Source: Micrococcales bacterium
GTDB taxonomy: Bacteria > Actinomycetota > Actinomycetes > S36-B12 > UBA10799
Assembly (NCBI GenBank): GCA_016703125.1
Contig: JADJCR010000003.1
Coordinates: 129,267 to 193,266 of the forward strand
DNA length: 64,000 nucleotides
Reading direction: 5' to 3'
Numbering within the stretch: the first letter of the stretch is position 1; the number at the start of each line of letters is the position of its first letter. The notes beneath the pieces were generated by a model that saw only the letters and a list, made by a program, of their open reading frames with translations, did not search any database and was not told the DNA's origin. Below, in pieces: positions 20,352 through 28,115 of this stretch. The translations under genes and the position numbers were made by a program.

Positions 20352-21076
20352 TCGAACTGGACGCGGTGGACTACACGTACCCCGATGGAACGCCTGCGCT
20401 GCGGCAGGTGTCGCTCGCGGTGGAGTCCGGGGAGCGCGTCGCCCTGCTCGGCCCGAACGGTGCCGGAAAGACCACCTTGGCGCTACACCTCAACGGGGTG
20501 CTGACCCCGCAAGCCGGCGAGGTGCGCGTCGCCGGTCGGCCCGTGGGCCCTGACACGGTGCGGGAGACGCGCAGGATCGTGGGTCTGGTCTTCCAGGACC
20601 CCGACGACCAGCTGTTCATGCCGACCGTGCGCCAGGACGTGGCGTTCGGGCCGCAGAACTTCGGCCTCGACGACCTGGATGGCCGGGTGGCGCGGGCACT
20701 GTCCGCTGTCGGTATGCAGGATGCCCGTGACCGGGCCCCGCACCATCTGTCGTTCGGCCAGCGGCGTCGGGTGGCGATCGCGACAGTGCTGAGCATGGAT
20801 CCGCAGATCCTGGTCCTCGACGAGCCGAGTTCGAACCTGGACCCGGCCAGCAGGCGGGAATTGGCCGACGTCCTGACCTCATTGGACGTGACCATGCTCA
20901 TGGTGACCCACGACCTGCTGTTCGCCCTGCAACTATGCCCGCGCAGTGTGGTGCTGGCCGAGGGCCGGGTGCAGTACGACGGTCCCACCCGGGAGTTGCT
21001 GGCGGACCCGGATCTGCTGACCCGCTTCCGGTTGGAGTTGCCGTACGGCGTCGTTCTCGACCCTGCGGATGGATAG
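20348..21076 (+). CDS. cbiO: ECF transporter ATPase CbiO/NikO
   Basis: GTG 20348 overlaps the cbiQ stop. Walker A GPNGAGKTT, signature LSFGQRRRVAIA, Walker B ILVLDEPSSNLD. Confidence 0.9.
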   Translation: MIELDAVDYTYPDGTPALRQVSLAVESGERVALLGPNGAGKTTLALHLNGVLTPQAGEVRVAGRPVGPDTVRETRRIVGLVFQDPDDQLFMPTVRQDVAFGPQNFGLDDLDGRVARALSAVGMQDARDRAPHHLSFGQRRRVAIATVLSMDPQILVLDEPSSNLDPASRRELADVLTSLDVTMLMVTHDLLFALQLCPRSVVLAEGRVQYDGPTRELLADPDLLTRFRLELPYGVVLDPADG

Positions 21077-21085
21077 AGTGGGGGC

Positions 21086-21424
21086 ATGTCTGATGCGTCC
21101 GATGCTGTGGTGCCCGTTGCGCCCACCGGAGTCGAGAAGAAGCCGTCGCCGGAGGTCGTGAAGGGGCAGCCGCAGCCGGTTCAGCGCTCGATCGCGGAGA
21201 TCGAGTCGGACATGGAGGCCACCCGCGCCCGGCTCGCAGCCACGCTGGGCGAGTTGAAGGTGGCCGCGCAACCCAAGACGATCCTCAACCGCCAGGCCGA
21301 GAAGGTGAAGGGCTTCTACGTCGATGAGTACGGTGCCGTGCGCATCGACCACGTCGCCATCACCGTCGGCGTGGTCGTCGGCGTCATCGTCCTGCGACGC
21401 ACGTGGAGGCGGGTCACCAGCTGA
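21086..21424 (+). CDS. DUF3618-like protein with a C-terminal membrane anchor
   Basis: 112 aa. SIAEIESDMEATRARLAATLGELK coiled segment and a hydrophobic tail ITVGVVVGVIVL. Family name is from recollection. Confidence 0.55.
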   Translation: MSDASDAVVPVAPTGVEKKPSPEVVKGQPQPVQRSIAEIESDMEATRARLAATLGELKVAAQPKTILNRQAEKVKGFYVDEYGAVRIDHVAITVGVVVGVIVLRRTWRRVTS

Positions 21425-21730
21425 TGGTCCCGATCAAGCTCCTGCACGATCGGGTGCTGGTGTCCGAAGAGGCCGAGGGGGAGCGGCAGTCCAGCGGTGG
21501 CATCCTGATCCCCGCCACCGCGTCGGTGGGCAAGCGGCTCTACTGGGCGAAGGTGGTCGCGACCGGTCCGAACGTCCGGCACATGACCCCGGTGACCGGG
21601 TCCTCTTCGAGCCGGAGGACCGCGCGGTGGTCGGTTGCAGGGCAGCAGTTACGTGATGCTGCGCGAACGCGACGTGCATGCGGTAGCAGCGGAGCACGTC
21701 GATGTCGAGGAGACCGGGCTCTATCTGTAG
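21424..21730 (+). pseudogene. GroES-family co-chaperonin paralogue, interrupted by two single-base frame shifts
   Basis: ATG 21424 overlaps the upstream stop. Frame 1 reads MVPIKLLHDRVLVSEEAEGERQSSGGILIPATASVGKRLYWAKVVATGPNVRHM. Next frame reads PGDRVLFEPEDRAVV. Third frame reads QGSSYVMLRERDVHAVAAEHVDVEETGLYL*. Shifts lie at C4 run 21587-21590 and GG 21633-21634. The restored length of ~102 aa fits GroES. Confidence 0.7.
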
Positions 21731-21861
21731 GCGTCCACGGCGTCGCTGAGAGATCGTGCGCGTCACGTCCGGCCCTTGCGCCCACCACCGCTGGCCGGCC
21801 TGTGTCTGAGGCCCCCGGGGCGGGAGTGCACGGGCGGACCGCTGCTATGCTCGGGGACGTT

Positions 21862-21934
21862 GCGCCGCTAGCTCAATTGGCAGAGCAGCTGGCTCTTAAC
21901 CAGCGGGTTCGGGGTTCGAGTCCCTGGCGGCGCA
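21862..21934 (+). tRNA. tRNA-Lys (anticodon CTT)
   Basis: 73 nt GCGCCGCTAGCTCAATTGGCAGAGCAGCTGGCTCTTAACCAGCGGGTTCGGGGTTCGAGTCCCTGGCGGCGCA. Acceptor GCGCCGC/GCGGCGC, anticodon loop CTCTTAA, GGTTCGAGTCC T-arm. CCA is not encoded. Confidence 0.92.
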
Positions 21935-22000
21935 CTTCTCGTGTTGGGCCCGACTCCGGGTCCTGAGGAAGGTGGCCTACGGCCCCTCCTGGTGCCTGAT

Positions 22001-23596
22001 TCATGTCGCTGACGCGGCGGAATCGTGCGGGAACCGTCTTCGGGACCAAAGGAATACCACCAAGCAGACGCCGGTGAACGCGGCTCCGCTGACTCCGTGT
22101 GCGCGCAGGCCGTCGACCATGGCGTCGCGCTGCGCGTCCGCGATCTGTTCCACCTGCTCGACCGGTACCGCGTAGTTGGCCGCGACGTTCTCGGATGTCA
22201 CGCCCTCACGGATGCTCTCAGCGATCTGGACAGACTGCGGCGACGTCAGGCCCTCGCTCTCCAGCGTGCTCGACAGAGAGGCGGAGAAGGTGTTGAACAC
22301 GATCGTGGACATCACGATCACCCCGACGGCACCGCCGATGTTGCCAGCGGCACTGCGGAAGGCGGACGCACTGCCGTCCTCGCCCGGGGGAGCCAGGTCC
22401 ATCACGGCGTTGGTCAGTGGGATGCCTGCCCCGACGGAGGCGACAGCGTAGAGCCCGGTCACCAGGACCAGGACCCACATCGGCGATCCAGGACTGATCA
22501 GAGCGCTGAGGAGCAGGCTCACCGCCAGCCCCAGGAGCATGACGGAACCGGCGACAGTGATGCCGCGCTCCCGAAGAAGCCATCGGGTGATCACCGCTCC
22601 GACGATGGCTGCCGCCTGAGCGGGCAGCAGCGCGACCGCGGTCTGCAGGGCGTTGAGGCCGTAGATGTACTGGAGTCCGACGGTCATGTAGAACCACAGG
22701 TTCGCGAACGACATGAGGATGACAATGATCAGCAGGAGGAACATTCCGCCCTGTTCCAGCGCCGCCAGCGACAGGGACGGGGATTCTGTGCGGCGCAGAG
22801 CCCAGGCCAACGCGGCGAACGCGATCACTGTCATGCCCAACCGGACGAGGGCGCCGGCCGAGAGCAAACCGTCCCGGTTCGCCGCGCTCAAGAACTGGAC
22901 GGCCGCCATCAACAACACACCAGCCAATGCCGGGGTGAGCAACTCGCGCGAGTCGCCCGAGTCCTCCGTCCGAGGCAGGTACTTGCGCGACGCCATGAGT
23001 ATGACCAGCCCGCTCAGAGCCCAGACCGCCGCCACGAGCCGCCAGCTGCTGTGGTCGAGGAGTAGTCCTGTCAACAGCGGCATGGCGAGGTAGACGATGG
23101 GACCGACCATCGCGTAGGTGGAGAACGCAGAAGCGCGCGCCTGCTTGTCCGACACCGTCGAACTGAGCAGGGCGAGCGCGACCACGATGAACCCCGAGGC
23201 GCCGATGCTTTCGAGCACGAGGCCCGCCACGGCGACAGCCATGACGGGCGCCACCGCGACCACGGCGTTTCCAACGGTGAAAAGGATCCCGCACCTGGTG
23301 ATGAAGCGACGCTCTCCCCAGCGGTGACCGAGGATGCCGGCGAGGAAGATGACGAGGAGTCCGGCGATGCTGGGGAGCTGCCGCAACAGCGAGCCCTGCT
23401 CCTCACTTGCCCCGAGGCCCTCCAGCATGGGGACGACCATGTAGTTGTAACTGGCCGGGACTGTGGTGGCCGCGCCCACCACGATGCAGACCCCCGCGAG
23501 TACACGACGCTGGTCACCGGTGAGCAGGTCGCGTCGCGACGCGGAGGTGCGTCCCGAGTGGCGGAGGTTGCGATGGCGCGTTCGCACGACGCACAT
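22001..23596 (-). CDS. MFS transporter (14-TM drug/H+ antiporter-like size)
   Basis: 531-aa ORF made almost entirely of hydrophobic helices, with a short polar N-terminus. The substrate cannot be read from the sequence. Confidence 0.7.
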   Translation of the reverse strand: MCVVRTRHRNLRHSGRTSASRRDLLTGDQRRVLAGVCIVVGAATTVPASYNYMVVPMLEGLGASEEQGSLLRQLPSIAGLLVIFLAGILGHRWGERRFITRCGILFTVGNAVVAVAPVMAVAVAGLVLESIGASGFIVVALALLSSTVSDKQARASAFSTYAMVGPIVYLAMPLLTGLLLDHSSWRLVAAVWALSGLVILMASRKYLPRTEDSGDSRELLTPALAGVLLMAAVQFLSAANRDGLLSAGALVRLGMTVIAFAALAWALRRTESPSLSLAALEQGGMFLLLIIVILMSFANLWFYMTVGLQYIYGLNALQTAVALLPAQAAAIVGAVITRWLLRERGITVAGSVMLLGLAVSLLLSALISPGSPMWVLVLVTGLYAVASVGAGIPLTNAVMDLAPPGEDGSASAFRSAAGNIGGAVGVIVMSTIVFNTFSASLSSTLESEGLTSPQSVQIAESIREGVTSENVAANYAVPVEQVEQIADAQRDAMVDGLRAHGVSGAAFTGVCLVVFLWSRRRFPHDSAASAT

Positions 23597-23761
23597 ACCC
23601 TTCCCTGCGACGCCTTGCGGGTCGATCCGCGGCCCGCAGCGGTTCGAGTGCCGACCCTCTCGCGAAGTTCAGTACTCCACCATTCTGACGCAGCAGGCGA
23701 GCGATGGTGTGGGGAACGGCTTATCAAGCCACGGTCCGGAAGGTGCGCCCGTCCATCCTGT

Positions 23762-24274
23762 CTACATGTAGAAGTACGGCGGCATCCATCCGAGATAGGC
23801 GTCGTCGGCGAACCCCCGGATGGGCAGGATCGCCACCGCGGACGATGTCGTCGAGACCATGCGGCCGTCGCCGAGGGACACCGCGATGTGACCGTGACCT
23901 CCGCCGATGGCACTGGACCACACGACCACGGCCCCGCGCGGGGGTGTGCCCTCCGTGTGGTGCAGTTCGGGTGGGGACTGCGTCCACACCAGGTGCGCCG
24001 AGGGCGGGCCGCTAGCGCGACCGAAGGCCAGGTCCACGAACCGCAGGCAGAACCCGCTGTCGCGCACGGCGCCGACCTGGGACAGCGCCCAGCGCACAGC
24101 CAGCTCGGCGGAACGCGGGTTGCGGAACCCGGACGGCAGCATCGCGTCGACGTCGGCAGCGTCACCTGGGGCGAGGGTCGATATCGCCGGACTGCTGACA
24201 GCCGATGCCCCCACCACGGCGGTGCCGGCAGTGGCGAGTGTGAAGACGGCGACGACGGCGGCAAGCAGTTTCAT
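23762..24274 (-). CDS. secreted CHAP/NlpC-P60-type cell-wall hydrolase
   Basis: Track ORF 23762..24745 trimmed to ATG 24274. Signal peptide MKLLAAVVAVFTLATAGTAVVGA. Candidate catalytic Cys in RDSGFCLRFVDLAF and His in GGGHGHIAVSLGDG. Divergent from the T4SS-like operon. Confidence 0.7.
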   Translation of the reverse strand: MKLLAAVVAVFTLATAGTAVVGASAVSSPAISTLAPGDAADVDAMLPSGFRNPRSAELAVRWALSQVGAVRDSGFCLRFVDLAFGRASGPPSAHLVWTQSPPELHHTEGTPPRGAVVVWSSAIGGGHGHIAVSLGDGRMVSTTSSAVAILPIRGFADDAYLGWMPPYFYM

Positions 24275-24424
24275 CCGGGCATCTCCAGTGGTCGGGCATG
24301 CACCGACTCTGTCGGGCACGACCGGTGGTCTCGGCGCTTCTCCACATGTCCACAGGTCGTGATGCACGACAGCCGTGATGTCCCCGCCGCGTGGCACGGT
24401 GGCTGCAGTCGAGAGGGGAGAAAC

Positions 24425-24706
24425 GTGAGTCTCTGGGGCTTTCTGGACGTTGTTGCGGACCTGAGCAACCCGTCGCCTGCGGCGCCCTCGGAAGTGACGG
24501 CGCAGTGGGCGAAGATCATGGGACTGGCCAAGTGGGTCGCCTTCGCCGCCGGAGCCATCGGCTTGGTCGCCGCCGGGGTCATGATGAGCGTCGGGCGCCG
24601 GCACCGGTCGAGCGCTGCAGCCGACGGTGCCGCTGGCATCCCCTGGGTGATCGGTGGATTGTCCACGATCGCGTTGGCGGTACCCCTCGTGAACCTGTTC
24701 ATGTGA
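24425..24706 (+). CDS. small two-TM protein, VirB2/TrbC-like position (DUF6112-like by recollection)
   Basis: Tail of track ORF 23324..24706. GTG 24425 is preceded by GAGGGGAG. Two hydrophobic helices (LAKWVAFAAGAIGLVAAGVMM and IPWVIGGLSTIALAVPLVNLF) flank a basic loop. Confidence 0.6.
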   Translation: MSLWGFLDVVADLSNPSPAAPSEVTAQWAKIMGLAKWVAFAAGAIGLVAAGVMMSVGRRHRSSAAADGAAGIPWVIGGLSTIALAVPLVNLFM

Positions 24707-25437
24707 TGGAGCAGGTCGCGCAATCCTTCGCGCACACATACGCATCGCTGCTGGCCTGGGCGCTGACGTGGTGGGCGGACGGTGGGGGGTGGGGACTTCC
24801 CGAGGTCAGGGCGCAGGTAGGGGACCTGCGCCCCGTGACGCGGTGGGCGACGGCCGCCCTCCTGGCACTCGGGCTGGTGGCCGTCGGCTTGGTGATGGTC
24901 GTGCGCCGGCGAGGTGAGGACGTCGCGGCCGCGGTCGTCGGCGCGGGAAGGGCGCTGTTGGCTGTGTCTGCCGGGTGGCTGATCCTGGCCAGCGGCTGGT
25001 CGCTCGGCAACCACGTGGCCAGCTGGATCCTGGGGCGGTCCACAGGTGTCGGCGAATACCGCCGCGAGGTCGAGGAGGCGGTCTCCGCGGCCGACCCGGT
25101 GGTCGCGCTGACCCTGTCGATCGTGGGGATCGCCTGCTGCCTCGGCTTCATCAGCGCGGTTCTGGTGCGCTTGGTGGTGGCTGTCCTGATCGTCGTCGGC
25201 ATGCCGGTGATCGCTGCCGGTTCGCTGTTCGGCGCACGGGCGCTGCGGACCGTGGCTGCCTGGGGGGTGGCGGTCATCGCGTTCGAACCCCTCAGTGCTG
25301 TGGTGTACCGGGTGGGTCATGCGCTCGCGCTCAACGCCCGGGAACCGGTACTCGTGTTGCTGGTGGCAGCGGTGACCTCGTTCCTGGCCGCGAGCATGCT
25401 GCCGCTGACCGCGCGCCTCGTGGGACCTGGGCCATGA
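24706..25437 (+). CDS. polytopic membrane protein, VirB6/TrbL-like position
   Basis: ATG 24706 overlaps the upstream stop (ATGA). 243 aa with at least 5 hydrophobic segments. The assignment rests on position and topology only. Confidence 0.5.
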   Translation: MEQVAQSFAHTYASLLAWALTWWADGGGWGLPEVRAQVGDLRPVTRWATAALLALGLVAVGLVMVVRRRGEDVAAAVVGAGRALLAVSAGWLILASGWSLGNHVASWILGRSTGVGEYRREVEEAVSAADPVVALTLSIVGIACCLGFISAVLVRLVVAVLIVVGMPVIAAGSLFGARALRTVAAWGVAVIAFEPLSAVVYRVGHALALNAREPVLVLLVAAVTSFLAASMLPLTARLVGPGP

Positions 25438-26721
25438 ACGCCGACGTACGCACGTACGGCGGGTGGCGGGAACGGCGCGGCTTCGGGGTGGCGGGGCTGT
25501 CGGGCACGCAGACGGGCTTGGCGCTCGCCGGGGTCGTGGTGTGCCTGGCGACGGCACTTGTGCGCCCGCAGGGCGTTGATGGTGATGGCAGTCCCGTTGT
25601 TGGCGCTGGTGGCGTTGGTGGCCATGCGCGTCCGTGGTGAGCCCGTGGCGGCCGTGCTTGGGCGGCACGGCCGCTTCCAGTGGGTCCGGCGACGAGGTGG
25701 ACTGTCCTTCCGGGGCTCCGAGTCGGGTCGGCTGCCGGGAGTCCTGGCCGACGCCCACGTCATCGACGCCACCGACGGTGCGGGTCGCGGGGTGGGTATG
25801 TTCTGGTCGCCGGGCCGCAGGACCCTGACCGCGCTGGTGCCGCTTGAGCCGTGGTGGCCGGACCTCGTCGACACCGATGACATCGCGGGCTGGGTGTCCG
25901 GCTGGTCCGACTGGCTGGCGCACCTCGGCTACGCCCCACTGCTCGAGCACGTGGCAGTGACCATTCGCACCGCGCCGACCGGACAACCCGCTCGCACAGT
26001 GATGGGCATCACCGTCGGTCAAGCGGCCCGCTCCGCGCTGGATCAGGCCACGGCCGCGCTCTTCGACGCCCTGAGCGGTGCCCGTGGTCTCGGTGCCTGT
26101 GGCATGTCCGTGCTCGAGCCCTTGAACCCGGAGGAGATCATGACCTGGGTGCGCCAGGGCTACGACCAGGCCGCGGCGGGTGCCGCCGCAGTGGCCGCGG
26201 ACATGCGCCCGACCGCGGTGGATGAGGGATGGGAGACCTACCGCCACGACGGCTGGCTCTCTGCGGCCTACGCGTGGCACGAGCCACCGGGCGGGGCCAT
26301 CACCCCGGCCGGCCTGGCTCGGTTCCTGGGACCGGCGGAGTACCACAAGTCGGTCACCATGGTCTTCACGCCCGTGCCTGCGCACGAGGCAGCGCGGGAG
26401 GTGGATGGGCAGGCCCAGGCGGCGCTGTTCAGGCGCGAGTACCGCCGGCGGCTCGGCCGCGATGAGACGGCCCGGGATGCCGTCGACCTCCGGCGGGCGC
26501 GCCGCACTGCGGAGGAACAGGCGGCGGGTGCGGGCATCGTGGACGTGGGACTGTTCGCCGTGGCCACTACCCGGGATCCGGTGTCGCTCGCGTCGGCCGC
26601 GGCCGATCTCGAGAACCGTGCGGGAGAGGCCCGGCTGCGGCTGCGCCGCTGCTACGGCGAACAGGAACGGGCTTTCGCGTGCGCGCTCGGGGTCGGGTTC
26701 GTCCCGGGCAGGTGGTGGTGA
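25434..26721 (+). pseudogene. SCO6880-family protein of actinobacterial T4SS-type conjugation modules, with one frame shift near the N-terminus
   Basis: ATG 25434 (MNADVRTYGGWRERRGFGVAGLSGTQTGLALAGVVVCLATAL, tail of track ORF 24975..25640) continues in track ORF 25558..26721 (...LMVMAVPLLALVALVAMRVRGEPVAAVLGRHGRFQW...). The frame change lies at about 25545-25580. Family name is recalled from NCBI annotations. Confidence 0.6.
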
Positions 26722-28115
26722 TGCGCACCTTCACGGCGAGCACCCTGACGGCGGCGTCGATGTTCCCGTTCGTGGTCGGATCCGGGGCTCCGCGTGACGG
26801 CGTGTGCGTCGGTCGTCATCTGGTCTGGGGTGAGCCTGTCCGCGTTGATCCCTTTGCGTGGCTGGCTGCCGGGCTGACTACGAACACCGGCATGTTCCAG
26901 CTCGGGCAGCCGGGCACCGGCAAGTCCGCCTTCGCCAAGCGCCAACTGCTGGGCCTCGTCGCGACCGGGGTACGACCAGTCGTCCTCGGCGACCCCAAGG
27001 GGGAGTACACACCCGTCGTGGAGCACCTGGGCGGGCAGGTGATCCGCGTGGGTCGCGGGCTCGACCGACTCAACCCGCTGGACCCGCAGACCTTGCGCGG
27101 GGCGCCCGCCGACGAGGTTCGCGGCCGGCGTCTGAGCCTGCTGATGGCCCTGTGCGCGCTGGTTCGGCGGGACCAAGGGCTCACCAATGGGGAGGAGGTG
27201 GTGCTGGCCGCCGCGCTGGACGAGGTCGCGGTACGCACCGACGATCCGGTGGTGCCCGAGGTGCTGGCTGCGGTGCAGACCCCGGGTGAACGGGTGCTGG
27301 CCGCCGCCCAGGTGCGGTCACACGCCGACTACGACACCGCCACCCAGCACCTGCGGTGGACGTTGGCGCTGCTGTGCGGGGGCACGTTGGCCGGGGTCTT
27401 CGACAGCCGCAGCACGCAAGCGTTCGATCCGGCGGCCCCAGCGATGGCCGTGGATCTGCGCGCTGTGCAGGACGAGACCCTGCTGGGCGCCGCAATGCTG
27501 TGCAGCTGGGCGTGGGGCCAGAACGCAGTGGCGTCGGCGCTGGCCCAGGATGCCGGATCCCGCTGGTTGCTGGTGCTGGATGAGCTCTGGCGGGCCCTGC
27601 GAGGCGCGCCGGGCCTTGTCGACCATGCCGACGCGCTCACCAGGCTCAACCGCTCGCGGGGCGTGGCCAGCCTGATGGTTACGCACTCGCTGCGGGACCT
27701 CGAGGCCCTGCCCGGAGCGCAGGACGTGGCCAAGGCGATGGGATTCGTGGAGCGCAGCGCGGTCGTGGTGCTGTCCGGCCTCCCGCGCCGGGAACTGGAG
27801 GTGGTCAGCCAGATCGTGCCGCTGTCGCGCCCGGAGATCGCACTGGTCTCCAGTTGGGCCTCCGCGCAGTCGTGGCGCGCTGGCGCCCGTCATCCCGGGC
27901 GCGGAAAGTACCTCATCAAGACCGGGCACCGCCCGGGGCTGCCGGTAGCGATGGAACTCAGTGCGGCCGAGGAGTCGCTGTACGACACGGATGTGCCGAT
28001 GGCGTCACACCCGCACGGCCACGGACCGGCGCGGCAGGAAGCGGTAGCCGGCGGTGCGCTTGTACGGCAGCAGGCGCTTGCTCCCTTTGGCGCGTTGCAC
28101 GACTTTGACCCGTAG
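26721..28115 (+). CDS. VirB4/TraE-like conjugation ATPase
   Basis: ATG 26721 overlaps the upstream stop. Walker A GQPGTGKSAFAKRQ. Walker B-like WLLVLDELWRAL. ...MVTHSLRDLE.. The last ~37 codons overlap the convergent PLD gene and may be read-through. Confidence 0.7.
   Translation: MRTFTASTLTAASMFPFVVGSGAPRDGVCVGRHLVWGEPVRVDPFAWLAAGLTTNTGMFQLGQPGTGKSAFAKRQLLGLVATGVRPVVLGDPKGEYTPVVEHLGGQVIRVGRGLDRLNPLDPQTLRGAPADEVRGRRLSLLMALCALVRRDQGLTNGEEVVLAAALDEVAVRTDDPVVPEVLAAVQTPGERVLAAAQVRSHADYDTATQHLRWTLALLCGGTLAGVFDSRSTQAFDPAAPAMAVDLRAVQDETLLGAAMLCSWAWGQNAVASALAQDAGSRWLLVLDELWRALRGAPGLVDHADALTRLNRSRGVASLMVTHSLRDLEALPGAQDVAKAMGFVERSAVVVLSGLPRRELEVVSQIVPLSRPEIALVSSWASAQSWRAGARHPGRGKYLIKTGHRPGLPVAMELSAAEESLYDTDVPMASHPHGHGPARQEAVAGGALVRQQALAPFGALHDFDP

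Noticed and set aside
24275-24424. cyclic-di-AMP (ydaO-type) riboswitch upstream of the CHAP/NlpC-P60 hydrolase gene, as is common for actinobacterial wall hydrolases.
   Set aside because: Reading the minus strand, I could not find the conserved ydaO elements I remember (paired ACGGGGA / GAAUCC / AGCUAACC-type blocks). There are only short local palindromes (gtcgtg-atg-cacgac) and repeated cgtgatg words.
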